39,942 nucleotides of DNA from Fibrobacteria bacterium (GTDB lineage Bacteria; Fibrobacterota; Chitinivibrionia; Chitinivibrionales; FEN-1185), in NCBI GenBank assembly GCA_037447435.1, contig JBBIGR010000044.1, positions 1,284-41,225 of the forward strand, given 5' to 3'. The first letter of the stretch is position 1. Each line of letters starts with the position of its first letter. The translations under genes and the position numbers were made by a program. Shown in pieces: positions 17,778-28,100 of the stretch. The notes under the pieces are model-generated. The model made no database searches. It worked only from the letters and a program-made list of their open reading frames with translations, and had not been told where the DNA came from.

Positions 17778-17830
17778 AACCTGCATTATTTGAATTTGAA
17801 TTTGTTTATGAATCAATAATTTGAAACGAA

Positions 17831-17886
17831 AGAGCACTACCTTGGGGTGGTAGGGGTCGCAGGTTCAAATCCCGCCACACCGACCA
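17831..17886 (+). mobile_element. 3' fragment of tRNA-Pro(GGG); attachment site marking the right end of a genomic island
   Basis: agagca-ctacc-ttggggt-ggtag-gggtc-gcagg-ttcaaat-cccgc-cacaccg-a-cca. The anticodon arm, T arm and CCA are present; the 5' acceptor strand and most of the D arm are absent. It coincides with the base-composition shift. Confidence 0.85.
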
Positions 17887-17887
17887 T

Positions 17888-17927
17888 AAAAATGGAATGA
17901 TACCGAAAGGTTCATTCCATTTTTTTT
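17888..17927 (+). terminator. Rho-independent terminator downstream of the tRNA fragment
   Basis: aaaaatggaatga-t-acc-gaaa-ggt-tcattccattttt plus a T-run. Confidence 0.85.
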
Positions 17928-18037
17928 ATCTTATCCATAAAATACACATCATCGAAACTCAACACCGTTTATTTTCCATATTCGGATAATTTGAATTATC
18001 CAACAGTATATAAATCACCGTATGCGCCATTTATATT

Positions 18038-18862
18038 ATGAGGATGAAAAAACCTATCGGGATTTTTGATTCGGGCTTTGGCGGTTTGACCGTATTGCGA
18101 GAAATCGAAAAAACCATTCCTCAATACGACTTTATCTATTTGGGCGATAACGCCCGCGCACCCTACGGAAACCGTTCGTTCGAAATAATCCATAAATATT
18201 CTCTTGAAGCCGTGAAATGGTTTTTCAACATGGATTGCCGGCTTATTATTATTGCCTGCAATACGGCTTCTGCAAAAGCGTTGCGCACCATTCAGCAAAA
18301 CGATTTACCGTTTCTTGCTCCCGATCGCAGAGTATTAGGGATAATTCGTCCGATAACCGAAAGCGTCGGTACATTCTCAAAAAGCAGGCATATCGGAATC
18401 TTGGGGACCGTTGGAACGGTCTCCTCAAATTCATACATCATTGAAATCAAAAAAGCCTTTTCGGATTTAACTATAACGCAAGAATCGTGTCCGCTGTGGG
18501 TCCCCCTCGTTGAAACAAATGAATATGTCTCCGAAGGAGCGGACTATTTTATCAAGCGTCACATCGATTCTATTTTGAATCAAGACCCGCAAATCGACAC
18601 ATTAATTCTCGGATGCACGCATTACCCTTTGCTTATTGATAAAATAAAAAGATTTTGTCCTCCCGGCGTTACCTTAGTCTCCCAGGGCCCGATCGTGGCA
18701 AAAAGTTTGGAATCTTATCTTAACCGACATCCGGAAATCGAAAAAGATTGTTCTAAAAATTCCCTGCGGGAATTTTATACTTCCGAAACAGCGGAAAATT
18801 TCGACCGATTGGCGCGAATATTTTACAATACGGAAACAAAGTCCGCACATGTAGATTTATAA
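18038..18862 (+). CDS. murI: Glutamate racemase
   Basis: IGIFDSGFGGLTV, YLGDNARAPYG, IACNTAS and LGCTHYP motifs. Confidence 0.97.
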   Translation: MRMKKPIGIFDSGFGGLTVLREIEKTIPQYDFIYLGDNARAPYGNRSFEIIHKYSLEAVKWFFNMDCRLIIIACNTASAKALRTIQQNDLPFLAPDRRVLGIIRPITESVGTFSKSRHIGILGTVGTVSSNSYIIEIKKAFSDLTITQESCPLWVPLVETNEYVSEGADYFIKRHIDSILNQDPQIDTLILGCTHYPLLIDKIKRFCPPGVTLVSQGPIVAKSLESYLNRHPEIEKDCSKNSLREFYTSETAENFDRLARIFYNTETKSAHVDL

Positions 18863-18899
18863 TCAACAAAATTTGCTCCCTATTTTCATTTGGAGAACT

Positions 18900-19202
18900 A
18901 TGGAATACAGAAAAATCACTTCCCACGACGATTGGATCGAGATTTGGCTTTCTAAATTTACCACGGAATGTGAAAACAGGAAATTTTCCATGGAGAAAAT
19001 CAAAAGCGAACAAATCATACTGCGTAAGTTCCTTTCCGATAACCCGGGAAACCCTCGCGCGATAGATTTGAAAAAATTTAAAAAATTTTTATCTTCGGAA
19101 GGGATTGCGGCAATAGCGCCGTTCGAGATTTTCTACGAATCCATTGCCCGATCGGATAAACATTGTGAAATTATTGCGGAAATGAAAACCGTTCTCAAAT
19201 AA
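18900..19202 (+). CDS. Hypothetical protein
   Basis: SD ggaga before ATG at 18900; helical 100-aa ORF followed by a hairpin. Confidence 0.6.
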   Translation: MEYRKITSHDDWIEIWLSKFTTECENRKFSMEKIKSEQIILRKFLSDNPGNPRAIDLKKFKKFLSSEGIAAIAPFEIFYESIARSDKHCEIIAEMKTVLK

Positions 19203-19205
19203 AAA

Positions 19206-19231
19206 GCCCTGATAATTTTCATCATCAGGGC
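19206..19231. terminator. Hairpin between convergent genes, likely terminator
   Basis: gccctgat-N10-atcagggc, preceded by an A-run (a T-run on the minus strand, after fba). Confidence 0.65.
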
Positions 19232-19261
19232 CAAAAGTATTCACACTTTTTTTATTCCGGA

Positions 19262-20257
19262 TTATGCTTTTCCGGCACTGCCGAGAACATTTTCGTTTTT
19301 ATCTATCATCATCTTGACAAGCTCTTCACGTGCAGGTCCGAGGTACTTACGAGGATCGAATTCCTCCGGTTTTTCTGCAAAAACCTTACGTACCATCGCA
19401 GTAAGCACCAACCGACCGTCGGAGTCGATATTGATTTTGCAAACGGCCGAACGAGCGGCCTTGCGAAGCTGTTCCGCAGGAATACCGACAGCGGCTTTGA
19501 GCTTTCCGCCGTTGCTGTTGATTATTTTGACATATTCGGGAACAACGGAGCTCGAACCGTGAAGAACGATCGGGAATCCGGGAATTCTCTTTTCGATTTC
19601 TTCGAGAATGTCGAAGCGAAGCGGCGGAGGAACTAATACGCCGTTTGCGTCCAAAGTGCATTGTTCGGGTTTGAACTTGAATGCGCCGTGGGATGTTCCA
19701 ATGGAAATCGCCAAAGAGTCCACACCGGTTTTCTTTACAAAGTCTTCGACCTGATCGGGCTGTGTGTAAATCGCCTTTGCAGCCTGGACATCGTCTTCTA
19801 TTCCTGCCAAAACTCCAAGTTCACCTTCGACCGTGACATCGTATTTATGAGCATATTCGACGACCTGCTTGGTGAGCTCGACGTTCTTGTCGTAGGGATG
19901 ATGCGAACCGTCGATCATCACGGAAGAGAATCCGCTTTCGATGCACGATACGCACAATTCGAATGTGTCGCCATGATCGAGATGCAGCGCGACAGGCATA
20001 TTGTAGCCTTGTTCGCGTGCCATTTGAACCGCACCCTGCGCCATATATTTGAGCAATGTCGCATTTGCGTATTTGCGTGCGCCGCTCGAAACCTGCATGA
20101 TCACCGGAGACTTCGATTTTCCGCAAGCCGTAATGATGGACTGAATCTGTTCCATATTATTGAAGTTATATGCGGGAATAGCATATTTGCCTTCAAAGGC
20201 CTTCTTGAACATTTCTCTTGTGTTAACAAAACCGAGATCTTTGTAGCTGACTGCCAT
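19262..20257 (-). CDS. fba: Class II fructose-bisphosphate aldolase
   Basis: LHLDHG, SSVMIDGS, VEGELG, AISIGTSHGAFK, VLHGSS, KINIDSD and FDPRKYL motifs. Confidence 0.96.
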   Translation of the reverse strand: MAVSYKDLGFVNTREMFKKAFEGKYAIPAYNFNNMEQIQSIITACGKSKSPVIMQVSSGARKYANATLLKYMAQGAVQMAREQGYNMPVALHLDHGDTFELCVSCIESGFSSVMIDGSHHPYDKNVELTKQVVEYAHKYDVTVEGELGVLAGIEDDVQAAKAIYTQPDQVEDFVKKTGVDSLAISIGTSHGAFKFKPEQCTLDANGVLVPPPLRFDILEEIEKRIPGFPIVLHGSSSVVPEYVKIINSNGGKLKAAVGIPAEQLRKAARSAVCKINIDSDGRLVLTAMVRKVFAEKPEEFDPRKYLGPAREELVKMMIDKNENVLGSAGKA

Positions 20258-20503
20258 AATGGTATCCTTTCAGGGCTGTACTTTGAAAAAAAACCCATTT
20301 TCAGGGTGTTAAGGACAATAATTTCCGGATTGGGCAAATCCCTTTTCCATGATAAGCTTACTAAAATATATTCTGCGCCACAACAATACCTTTGGTCTCC
20401 ATTCGAAAAACAATACGCCCGTTTATTTTCTTTAGAGAGAGGCCAACTGCCTCACGCAAAAAATATTCACCCTGCACTTTGTTTCAAGGATTATTTTATA
20501 ACC

Positions 20504-20526
20504 TGACTTTTTTGGTAGAATAGTCA
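20504..20526. promoter_or_regulatory. Putative TetR operator
   Basis: Imperfect inverted repeat tgactttttt-ggt-agaatagtca just upstream of the tetR start. Confidence 0.5.
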
Positions 20527-20550
20527 ACAACCCTTATCATCGTATCGACC

Positions 20551-21159
20551 ATGAACTGTTCCACAAATACCGATAAACAGAAATTGATCCTGGATGCCGC
20601 ACAATACCGTTTTGCGCATTACGGTCTCGGTAAAGTGACCATGGATGAAATCGCGACCGATCTGGGAATAAGCAAAGCCTCCTTGTATTATTATTTCGAG
20701 ACAAAGGAAGAGATCTTCAGGCAGGTTATCGCACGCGAGCAGGATGTTTTCATCAATAAAATAGAAGCGATCCTTAAACGGAAATCTTCGGCATCGGAAA
20801 AGCTGCTCGAATATTTTCACCAACATGTCCTGCTTCTGGATAAACTGCTTAATTTAAAAATTATCAGTCTCCAAGCCGACAACGTACTTCATCCGATCAT
20901 TCGAGAGCTGTTCAAAACTTTTAGTACAAAAGAACTGGTTTTCCTGGGATCAATTTTATCCGACGGCAAGATTCAAAACGAATTTTCCATGGAATCGCCG
21001 GAAAAAACAGCTTCGCTTCTGCAACATGTCCTTCTGGGATTGCGGTTGCGGTTCTTTAAAACGGTTAAAAACCGGGACATCGGAGAAATGGAAGTCAAAT
21101 CTTTAGCGCACGAAATTAAACTTTTTTCTAAAATATTCCTTCGCGGAATTTCACATTAA
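20551..21159 (+). CDS. TetR/AcrR family transcriptional regulator
   Basis: ILDAAQYRFAHYGLGKVTMDEIATDLGISKASLYYYFETKEEIF HTH. Confidence 0.95.
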   Translation: MNCSTNTDKQKLILDAAQYRFAHYGLGKVTMDEIATDLGISKASLYYYFETKEEIFRQVIAREQDVFINKIEAILKRKSSASEKLLEYFHQHVLLLDKLLNLKIISLQADNVLHPIIRELFKTFSTKELVFLGSILSDGKIQNEFSMESPEKTASLLQHVLLGLRLRFFKTVKNRDIGEMEVKSLAHEIKLFSKIFLRGISH

Positions 21160-21179
21160 ATCGACGGAGAATTTCGTTT

Positions 21180-22169
21180 ATGAATGCACCTTCAGGAAAT
21201 CCTCAAAAATCAAATAATCCCGGCGCGATGAATGCCGCAACCGGAAGCGACGATCAATCGATCGACGATGTCCCAATGTTCAAACGGAAACGGGCGATCA
21301 TTCCCTTTGCCGTTTTGCTCGTCGGAACCATTGTCGGCGTCAGCATCTGGTACATGGGCCGCCTCAGTTCCGTCGCAACCGACGACGCGTTCGTCGAAGC
21401 GTACCGCGCAACGGTGTCCACAAAGGTTTTAGGCCGTATCGCGGCGCTCAAATACGACGAAGGCGATACGGTGCGCAAGGGCGATACGCTCGTCGTCCTC
21501 GACGACGCCGACCTTCGCGCCCAAATGCAGAAAGCCGAGGCCGCGCTGCATTATCTTACCCGCAACGTCGACATCCAATCCGTAAACAAGGAAAAAGCGC
21601 TTGACGATTTTTCCCGTACCGAAAAGCAGTTCAAGAGCCAAATCGTTTCGCAGGAACAATTCAATCATGCCGAAAGCGCGCGTAAATTGGCGGATGCGCA
21701 AACCACCATGGCGTCGGCCCAAATCGCGACTGCTCAGGCCGATCTTGCCATTGTCAAGACACAACTGGCCAATATGGTGATCGTGGCTCCGTTTTCGGGC
21801 GTCATAGCCAAGCGATGGGCGCTCAGTGGCGACGTGGTCCAACCGGGACAGGCGATTTTTTCCATGTTCGACAATAAGCATATCTGGATTACGGCGAATT
21901 TCGAGGAAACGAAACTGCGCATCATTCGTCCCGGCGCAAACGTCCGGATATCGGTCGACGCGTTCCCCGGCGTCAATATAGACGGCAAAGTCGAAAGCAT
22001 CGGCCGCTCGACGGCGTCCGAATTTTCGCTCATACCCGCAAGTAACGCCACGGGGAATTTCACCAAAATCACCCAACGCGTGCCGGTGAAGATCGCCGTT
22101 GAGAACATTCCTTCCACCGCCGCGCTTTTGCCCGGGCTTTCCGCAACAGTGCGAATATTTACAAGGTAA
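21180..22169 (+). CDS. emrA: EmrA/HlyD-family efflux periplasmic adaptor
   Basis: TM anchor, then TDDAFV, WITANFEET and FSLIPASNATGNFTKITQRVPVKI. Confidence 0.92.
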   Translation: MNAPSGNPQKSNNPGAMNAATGSDDQSIDDVPMFKRKRAIIPFAVLLVGTIVGVSIWYMGRLSSVATDDAFVEAYRATVSTKVLGRIAALKYDEGDTVRKGDTLVVLDDADLRAQMQKAEAALHYLTRNVDIQSVNKEKALDDFSRTEKQFKSQIVSQEQFNHAESARKLADAQTTMASAQIATAQADLAIVKTQLANMVIVAPFSGVIAKRWALSGDVVQPGQAIFSMFDNKHIWITANFEETKLRIIRPGANVRISVDAFPGVNIDGKVESIGRSTASEFSLIPASNATGNFTKITQRVPVKIAVENIPSTAALLPGLSATVRIFTR

Positions 22170-22177
22170 CAACGCCA

Positions 22178-23755
22178 ATGCGCAAACGATTCGTCAAAGC
22201 CGTACCCTCGCTGCATCACGACCATTCGTCCTACAAATGGTGGGTGCTTTGCAACATTATGGTCTCCACTTTCATGGTCGTACTCGATGCCACGATCGTC
22301 AATACCGCGCTTCCAAAGGTAATGGCGTCGTTCGGAATTTCGGTCGACGTTGCACAATGGATACTCACGTGTTACATGCTCGCTTTTGCGATCATGCTCC
22401 CCACTTCGGGCTGGATAGCCGACAGGCTCGGCTACAAACGGACCTATGCATTGGGCCTTGCCCTTTTTACCGTATTTTCATTCCTCTGCGGCATTGCATG
22501 GAACGAAAAGGCGCTCATCATCATGCGCATCGGACAAGGAATCGGCGGCGGCATGCTGCAGCCCATCGGCATGGCGATCATCATGCGGGAATTCCCGCCC
22601 GAGAAGCGCGGGCTCGCCATGGGGTTCTGGTCTATCGCCGCGGCGGCTTCGGTATCCCTGGGCCCAATGCTCGGGGGCTTTCTTGTTGACAATTTCGACT
22701 GGCACCTCATTTTCAATATCAATGTGCCCTTCGGCATCCTCGGTTTTTTCGCCACCTGGGTGATTCAGCGCGAATACAAAACGCAACAGGCCCACCCGTT
22801 CGATATCACGGGGTTTATTTCACTTTCCGTGTTTTTAAGTTTCCTGCTCATCGCATTGTCCAGCGGGAATTCGCAATGGAACACCGGCGGCTGGACATCC
22901 GATTTCATGATGCTTTGCTACGCATTGTCGGTAATCGGGTTCGTCGTTTTCATGGTCACGGAACTCAACGTAAAGCATCCGCTCGTCCGCCTGAGACTTT
23001 TAGGCAGATACAATTTCGGGCTCACGAATCTGGTCATGTTTATTTTCGGCATCGGCATGTTCGGCAGCACGTTTCTCATGCCGCTTTTCCTGCAGAACAT
23101 ACTCGGGTACACGGCACTGCAATCGGGCATGATTTTTCTTCCGGTCGGCATGCTGCAAGCGGTGTGCGGACCGATATCCGGCTATTTTTCCGATAAAGTC
23201 AATCCCAAAATCCCGATCTCTGTCGGCATCGTACTGTTTGCGACCAGTTTCTTTTTAAACGGCAACCTTACGTTTTGGTCCGAACACGCACAAATCATGA
23301 TGCCCATGTATTTGCGCGGCGTTGCCATGGGAATGCTCTTTTCTCCGCTTTCCGCAATGGCAATGAACGGCATTTCGCGACAGGAAATGGCGCAGGCTTC
23401 GGGTTTATTGAATGTTGTCCGCCAAGTCGGCGGAAGTTTCGGCGTGGCGATTTTACAAACATTGTTCACCTTGCGCATTTCTTTCCACACGGCAATATCG
23501 GGGGCGCTGATCAACCGTAATTCCCCGCTTTTCATCCATAGTCAACATATGCTGCAAATACATGCGATGCAAAACGGCGGCTCGACAATGCAAAATGCCG
23601 CGACGCAGGCATCGGGAATAATCTCTTCACATTTTGCGCAACAGATGTTTGTTTGGGCACTCAACGATGATTTTCTTTTCTCCTGCATTTGCACGCTGGG
23701 CTGCATCATTCCCATTCTTTTTCTCAAGACACCCAAAAAAGGATTATTGAAATGA
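22178..23755 (+). CDS. emrB: DHA2/EmrB-family MFS efflux transporter
   Basis: FMVVLDATIVNTALP, GWIADRLG, GPMLGG..W.LIFNINVPFG and RQVGGSFG motifs. Confidence 0.93.
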   Translation: MRKRFVKAVPSLHHDHSSYKWWVLCNIMVSTFMVVLDATIVNTALPKVMASFGISVDVAQWILTCYMLAFAIMLPTSGWIADRLGYKRTYALGLALFTVFSFLCGIAWNEKALIIMRIGQGIGGGMLQPIGMAIIMREFPPEKRGLAMGFWSIAAAASVSLGPMLGGFLVDNFDWHLIFNINVPFGILGFFATWVIQREYKTQQAHPFDITGFISLSVFLSFLLIALSSGNSQWNTGGWTSDFMMLCYALSVIGFVVFMVTELNVKHPLVRLRLLGRYNFGLTNLVMFIFGIGMFGSTFLMPLFLQNILGYTALQSGMIFLPVGMLQAVCGPISGYFSDKVNPKIPISVGIVLFATSFFLNGNLTFWSEHAQIMMPMYLRGVAMGMLFSPLSAMAMNGISRQEMAQASGLLNVVRQVGGSFGVAILQTLFTLRISFHTAISGALINRNSPLFIHSQHMLQIHAMQNGGSTMQNAATQASGIISSHFAQQMFVWALNDDFLFSCICTLGCIIPILFLKTPKKGLLK

Positions 23756-25082
23756 TCAACTTTTCGACCTGTTTTATTTCCCTGCATAAACGCCATTGGA
23801 TGTTTTCTTTATTCATATGCGCCGCTTGTTCTGTTTTTGCCCAACAGGATTCCTTGACAATAAATAAGGCCATCGAAATCGTATTGGACCGCCACCCGTC
23901 GGTGATCCAGGTGCAGGAAGCGCTTGCCGCGGCCCAGGAACACTCGCAAAGCCTCAAAAGCGCGTATTATCCATCGGTCAATTCCTCCGTATCGTACGCC
24001 TATGTCGGCCCTGACCAAACCTTAACGATACCCGGCATGGGATCATTCAGCCTGTTCCCGCAAAATAATTACGACGGGCATGTCTCCGTGTCGTATACGG
24101 TTTTCGATTTCGGCAAACGATCGACTAATTTAGAAACCGGCAAAGTCGGAGAAGCCTCGGCAAAAGACCGGGCCCAACAAGTAAAAACAAATCTCATGTA
24201 TCAGGTCATACATATTTATTCGATGATCAATTTGGAGGAAAAAAGCCTCCGCATCGCAAACGAAGCGCTCGAGGAACTCGGTCGTCATTTACTGGTCGTG
24301 AAAAAGAAACTCGAAACCGGAAGCGCAACCGAATACGATACGTTAAAAACGCAGGTACAGCTCACCAATGCGATGAGCCAGAAAATAGATATCGCAAACG
24401 ATATGGCCAAGCAGCAGACAATACTTCGTCAACTCCTCGGATTCAAAGAAGGTTCGCCGCTTCTTTTAAAGGAAGTCATCGACACGCTGGCGCCGCAGAT
24501 AAATTCGGATTCGCTTGTCCGCTACGCTTTGGAAACCGTTCGGAAAGAAGCCTGGCATTACGTGCCAAGGAATCGGCACATCTTCAAAAAGAAAGCATAA
24601 AAAAGGAAAATTTGCCTATTGTCAAAGCCCAGGCGGAGGCCGGGTTCAAAAACGGTATTTTACCCGATATCAATTCCCCCACGTTCGATTGGACTTTGGC
24701 CGCACAAATAACAATGCCTCTTTTCGACGGCTTTCACGAAAAACGTTCCGAAAATGAAGCGAGTCGTAACGAACAAGCCGCTGCAGCCGGGATAAATGAT
24801 GCCGAAGAACGGATTAAAACAAATGTGATCCAGGCGGAAGCGGATGTCGAAGCGTCATATTCAAAGCTCGATATATCCCGCTCTCAATTGAATTTTGCCC
24901 AAAGATCGCTGGAACTGGCGCGGATCAAATACGATGCCGGCGTCATTACCAATGTCGATGTGCTCGATGCCGAAAACGAATTGTCGCAGGCAAAACTCGG
25001 CCACCTCCAAAATCAATACCGGTATTTCATGAGCAAACATTCCCTGGACCAGGCCACGGGAGCTTTTCCGGCAGCCCGGTAA
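23752..25082 (+). pseudogene. TolC-family outer-membrane efflux protein, interrupted by a 1-base frameshift near 24533-24535
   Basis: Adding one A restores ...YALENRSERSLALRAKESAHLQKESIKKENLPIVKAQ..., joining the two ORFs. OEP repeats are visible (YYPSV; YDAGVITNVDVLDAE). May be a sequencing error. Confidence 0.8.
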
Positions 25083-25106
25083 GCTCCTTTTTTGTAAATC
25101 TCCCCC

Positions 25107-26573
25107 TTACGCGTGCTTCGTCGGTATCGTACTCACCCACGCGGTATTCGTGCTGATTCTGCGAACGTTGATTTCCATGAGTGTGGTCGTGTTGGGATAT
25201 AAAAAATCCGGTTTTACGTGGTCGACGTTTGTGCCTTGGATATTTCCCGGTATGCTTGCGTCGAGCGCGACGATATGCAGGGGCTTAAGGTCGTAGGTAA
25301 TGAGATCGTCGACTTCGGGAACGTAAACCCTGAATGCCGGTATCGCCTCTTCTTTAAAATTCCGATCAGCTTTCGCAAAAATGTCCTTTGCCGCGTCGAC
25401 GTCTACCAAAAAGCTGCGAAAGCTGGCGTTTTGGCTGTAACTATTGACATCGTGGCCCATTAAATCCTGGAACTGCAACGACGCCGACTGTTCCATGTCG
25501 TCAATGGACTTGCCGCCGTCGACAAGCGCGCCGAAACCGCTTTTTCTAATGACTAAAAATTCCAAAGTAAAATCCTTGATGGCGATTTCGTCTTCGTCCT
25601 GCACGTGGACGATGAATTGCTGATATTGTTTCGCCTCGCCGCTCGCATAGACCTTGGCGGTTTGCGCGTCCAACGTACGCATCATTTCTTTAAAGGCAAC
25701 TTCACGGTTGGGGCCGGTGCCGGCGCTTAAGGCATTCAAAATAAAAGAACCGGTATTCGCCGTGTCGATAATGGTACGATGATTAAGGCCCGAAAATGTG
25801 CAAAACGCAACTTCGAGCGGCGGTTGCACGTACTGCCAGCCGGATTTATTATCGTTTTTATCGAACAACGGAGGCGGAACAAGAGAGAATTTCACCGAAT
25901 TCAAATTGCAACCCGATATAATGACGGTGCCGTCGCTGCCGGGCTTGTCGGCAAAGAATCCGGCAACGCCTCCATATCCCGTCGTGCCCACTAAAACGGT
26001 CGTTTGAATGCCGGCACTCGAGAAATACGGGTATATACGGATTAAATCCCTATGCGCCAATACCCATTGATATTCGCTGCCGAGTTCGAGGCCGTTGAGA
26101 ATTTGCCGTCCCGTGGAAAAGAAATTCAAATCCGGTTGATGCGTGCCTTTTATGATGCCGCCTATCCACGATTTTCCCATTTCGGCAAGGGGCGAACCAA
26201 AATTTGCCGGTGCAAGCATCACGATATTTTTAACCGGGCATCTTTTGAGTTCCCGCGCGAGCGTCGTCTCGTCGTCCATATGGAAATAGTACTGGGATAT
26301 CCAATGCCGTATTATCAAGCCGCCGGTAGAATGGACGATAACGTTCAGATCGACCAGGCCGTTTCCCCGGTCGTCTATGAATCCCCGTTTATAGAGCTCA
26401 TAATTCAACGCCGCGCAAACGTCGTTATAGGTAATATTGTCCTCACGCGAAAGCCAATCGCCGTAATAAATGGAATCCGCGGGGAACCCGTTCGTCGACA
26501 AAAAGGCTTTAAGATTTGTAAATGATTCACCCTGATCGCTCCAGCCGTGGATGATGAGTGTCATAAAAGGCAT
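25107..26573 (-). CDS. Alpha/beta hydrolase-fold protein (lipase/PGAP1-like)
   Basis: IIHGWSD, nucleophile elbow VHSTGG, LAPANFGSPLA and SDGTV...H motifs. Confidence 0.8.
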   Translation of the reverse strand: MPFMTLIIHGWSDQGESFTNLKAFLSTNGFPADSIYYGDWLSREDNITYNDVCAALNYELYKRGFIDDRGNGLVDLNVIVHSTGGLIIRHWISQYYFHMDDETTLARELKRCPVKNIVMLAPANFGSPLAEMGKSWIGGIIKGTHQPDLNFFSTGRQILNGLELGSEYQWVLAHRDLIRIYPYFSSAGIQTTVLVGTTGYGGVAGFFADKPGSDGTVIISGCNLNSVKFSLVPPPLFDKNDNKSGWQYVQPPLEVAFCTFSGLNHRTIIDTANTGSFILNALSAGTGPNREVAFKEMMRTLDAQTAKVYASGEAKQYQQFIVHVQDEDEIAIKDFTLEFLVIRKSGFGALVDGGKSIDDMEQSASLQFQDLMGHDVNSYSQNASFRSFLVDVDAAKDIFAKADRNFKEEAIPAFRVYVPEVDDLITYDLKPLHIVALDASIPGNIQGTNVDHVKPDFLYPNTTTLMEINVRRISTNTAWVSTIPTKHA

Positions 26574-26921
26574 AGCGGGCTCCTTTTACTGTGACGGGGG
26601 TTAATGGATGCGCAAAACAGTCATGAAATAAATATTGGGACAAAGCGAGGCAAGAAAAAACGGCGTATCTTTTAAGCATCTTGTCAATCAGTAATTTAAC
26701 GCGATATTTTATTTGGATACGCCCGTACCGTTTATCATATTCATTCCATCATCTCGCTTGGCTATGCCGCAGTATCTTCAATGGCATAAGCCCGAATAAT
26801 CACTACTATAAATTTAAGGAAGGAGGTTACGCAAACTCCCGTTTGGCCCATTTTATCATTTTGTTAATTTTAAATTGTTCAAAAAAACGGTAACAATCTT
26901 ATAGTAAAGGAGCGCTCTATT

Positions 26922-27695
26922 ATGACGATATCAAACGGTCTTTTAGCGGAAATCGAGGCGGAAATAGCAGCATTGACTCCGGACAAGTACCGCCGTCCCG
27001 GAATAAGTTTGGATGCTTTTTTAGCGGATTACGGGCAAACGCTTGCCCAGGCCGACACCGACAAAGACAAACTGACCGGCGCCAAATTCGATTGGACGAA
27101 GATGGAAAAGTATCGGGGCTATTTGGAATTGTTGACTATTGCTCATGGCGAAAGAATAGGGCTTGCGCCGGCAACAATAGAAAAGCAGCCGGAATATATC
27201 GCGAAAATGGAAATCGTCAAAGCGGACAGACGGTATATGTCCCGTGTTGCAAATCATATTGTGGATGTAACAAACGATAAAAGCGCGGCGCATAGCTTAA
27301 AGGCCATTAACAAAGGAAGCGGCGATATCGATATCCTCAACGACATCATGTCGTTCATACCGTTTATAAAAAGATATCCGGATTTAGCAAAACAGATATG
27401 CCCTAACTGCGTGGAAATTACCGATTCATATTTGGACCAGGCGAAAGACCGGGCAATTGAATTGTTTCAAATGCGCGGTTATGTTAAAGGCTCACCGGAG
27501 AATTCGAATGTGGACCGCCAGAACCGTATCCTTACGCTCTGTCTCAATGCGCAATCCGAAATTAAAAAATTCGCGGATTCGGCATTCTGCGAAGATCAGG
27601 ATTATTACAGCGCCAATTATTCAAATTATGTCCGTAAGTCATCTAAAACACCGGTTCCGACAAAGGTTGCCGAACCGGTTGCTGCGGCTAAATAA
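26922..27695 (+). CDS. Hypothetical helical protein
   Basis: SD aaggag, 257-aa ORF followed by a terminator; no family recognised. Confidence 0.75.
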   Translation: MTISNGLLAEIEAEIAALTPDKYRRPGISLDAFLADYGQTLAQADTDKDKLTGAKFDWTKMEKYRGYLELLTIAHGERIGLAPATIEKQPEYIAKMEIVKADRRYMSRVANHIVDVTNDKSAAHSLKAINKGSGDIDILNDIMSFIPFIKRYPDLAKQICPNCVEITDSYLDQAKDRAIELFQMRGYVKGSPENSNVDRQNRILTLCLNAQSEIKKFADSAFCEDQDYYSANYSNYVRKSSKTPVPTKVAEPVAAAK

Positions 27696-27726
27696 TAATT
27701 AGCACTGTAAAACGAATTCTACTACG

Positions 27727-27757
27727 TCGAAGGCCCTAGTTTTTCAGGGGCCTTCGA
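27727..27757 (+). terminator. Hairpin terminator
   Basis: tcgaaggccc...gggccttcga stem after the stop codon. Confidence 0.6.
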
Positions 27758-27779
27758 TTATAACGCTTTTATCCCTTCG

Positions 27780-28100
27780 CCTCTTGGGGCCAAAGATATT
27801 CAGCCGGATTCCAGCGGGACTCTCTTTGGGGCGTCTTCAGTTTTCTTCAGTTTATCCAAAAATCCTGTTAGTGCCCCGAAATTCATTTACAGGATTTTTG
27901 CCTCATTGACATAATGAAATGGAACGCTTTCAAAGTAAAAAGTTCATTTACAAAGCCTTTTTTATCGCTTTTATATATAAAATTTGAATAAAATAGAGGT
28001 TTTTTATCTCCGACAACGGCAAAATGCCCTAAAAATATTTCTGTAAATGAACTTTTGACCTTCGTAAATGAGATTTTGGACTCAGGCAATGAACTTTTTA
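27780..28100. repeat. Degenerate ~21-bp periodic repeats in inverted arrangement
   Basis: tgtaaatgaactttt (28042), cgtaaatgagatttt (28063) and aggcaatgaactttt (28084); inverted copy aaaagttcatttaca at 27938-27952; ttggggc at 27784 and 27826. Confidence 0.5.

Noticed and set aside
17810..17886. Intact tRNA-Pro gene
   Set aside because: The 5' acceptor strand (expected cggtgtg) and most of the D arm are missing, so it is treated as an att fragment.
19661..20506. 281-aa plus-strand ORF
   Set aside because: Antisense shadow of fba.
21429..23535. Multiple antisense and alternate-frame ORFs
   Set aside because: Shadows of the GC-richer emrAB genes.
26600..26900. Riboswitch or small ORF upstream of 26922
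   Set aside because: No recognisable aptamer consensus; the 70-aa ORF lacks an SD and motifs.
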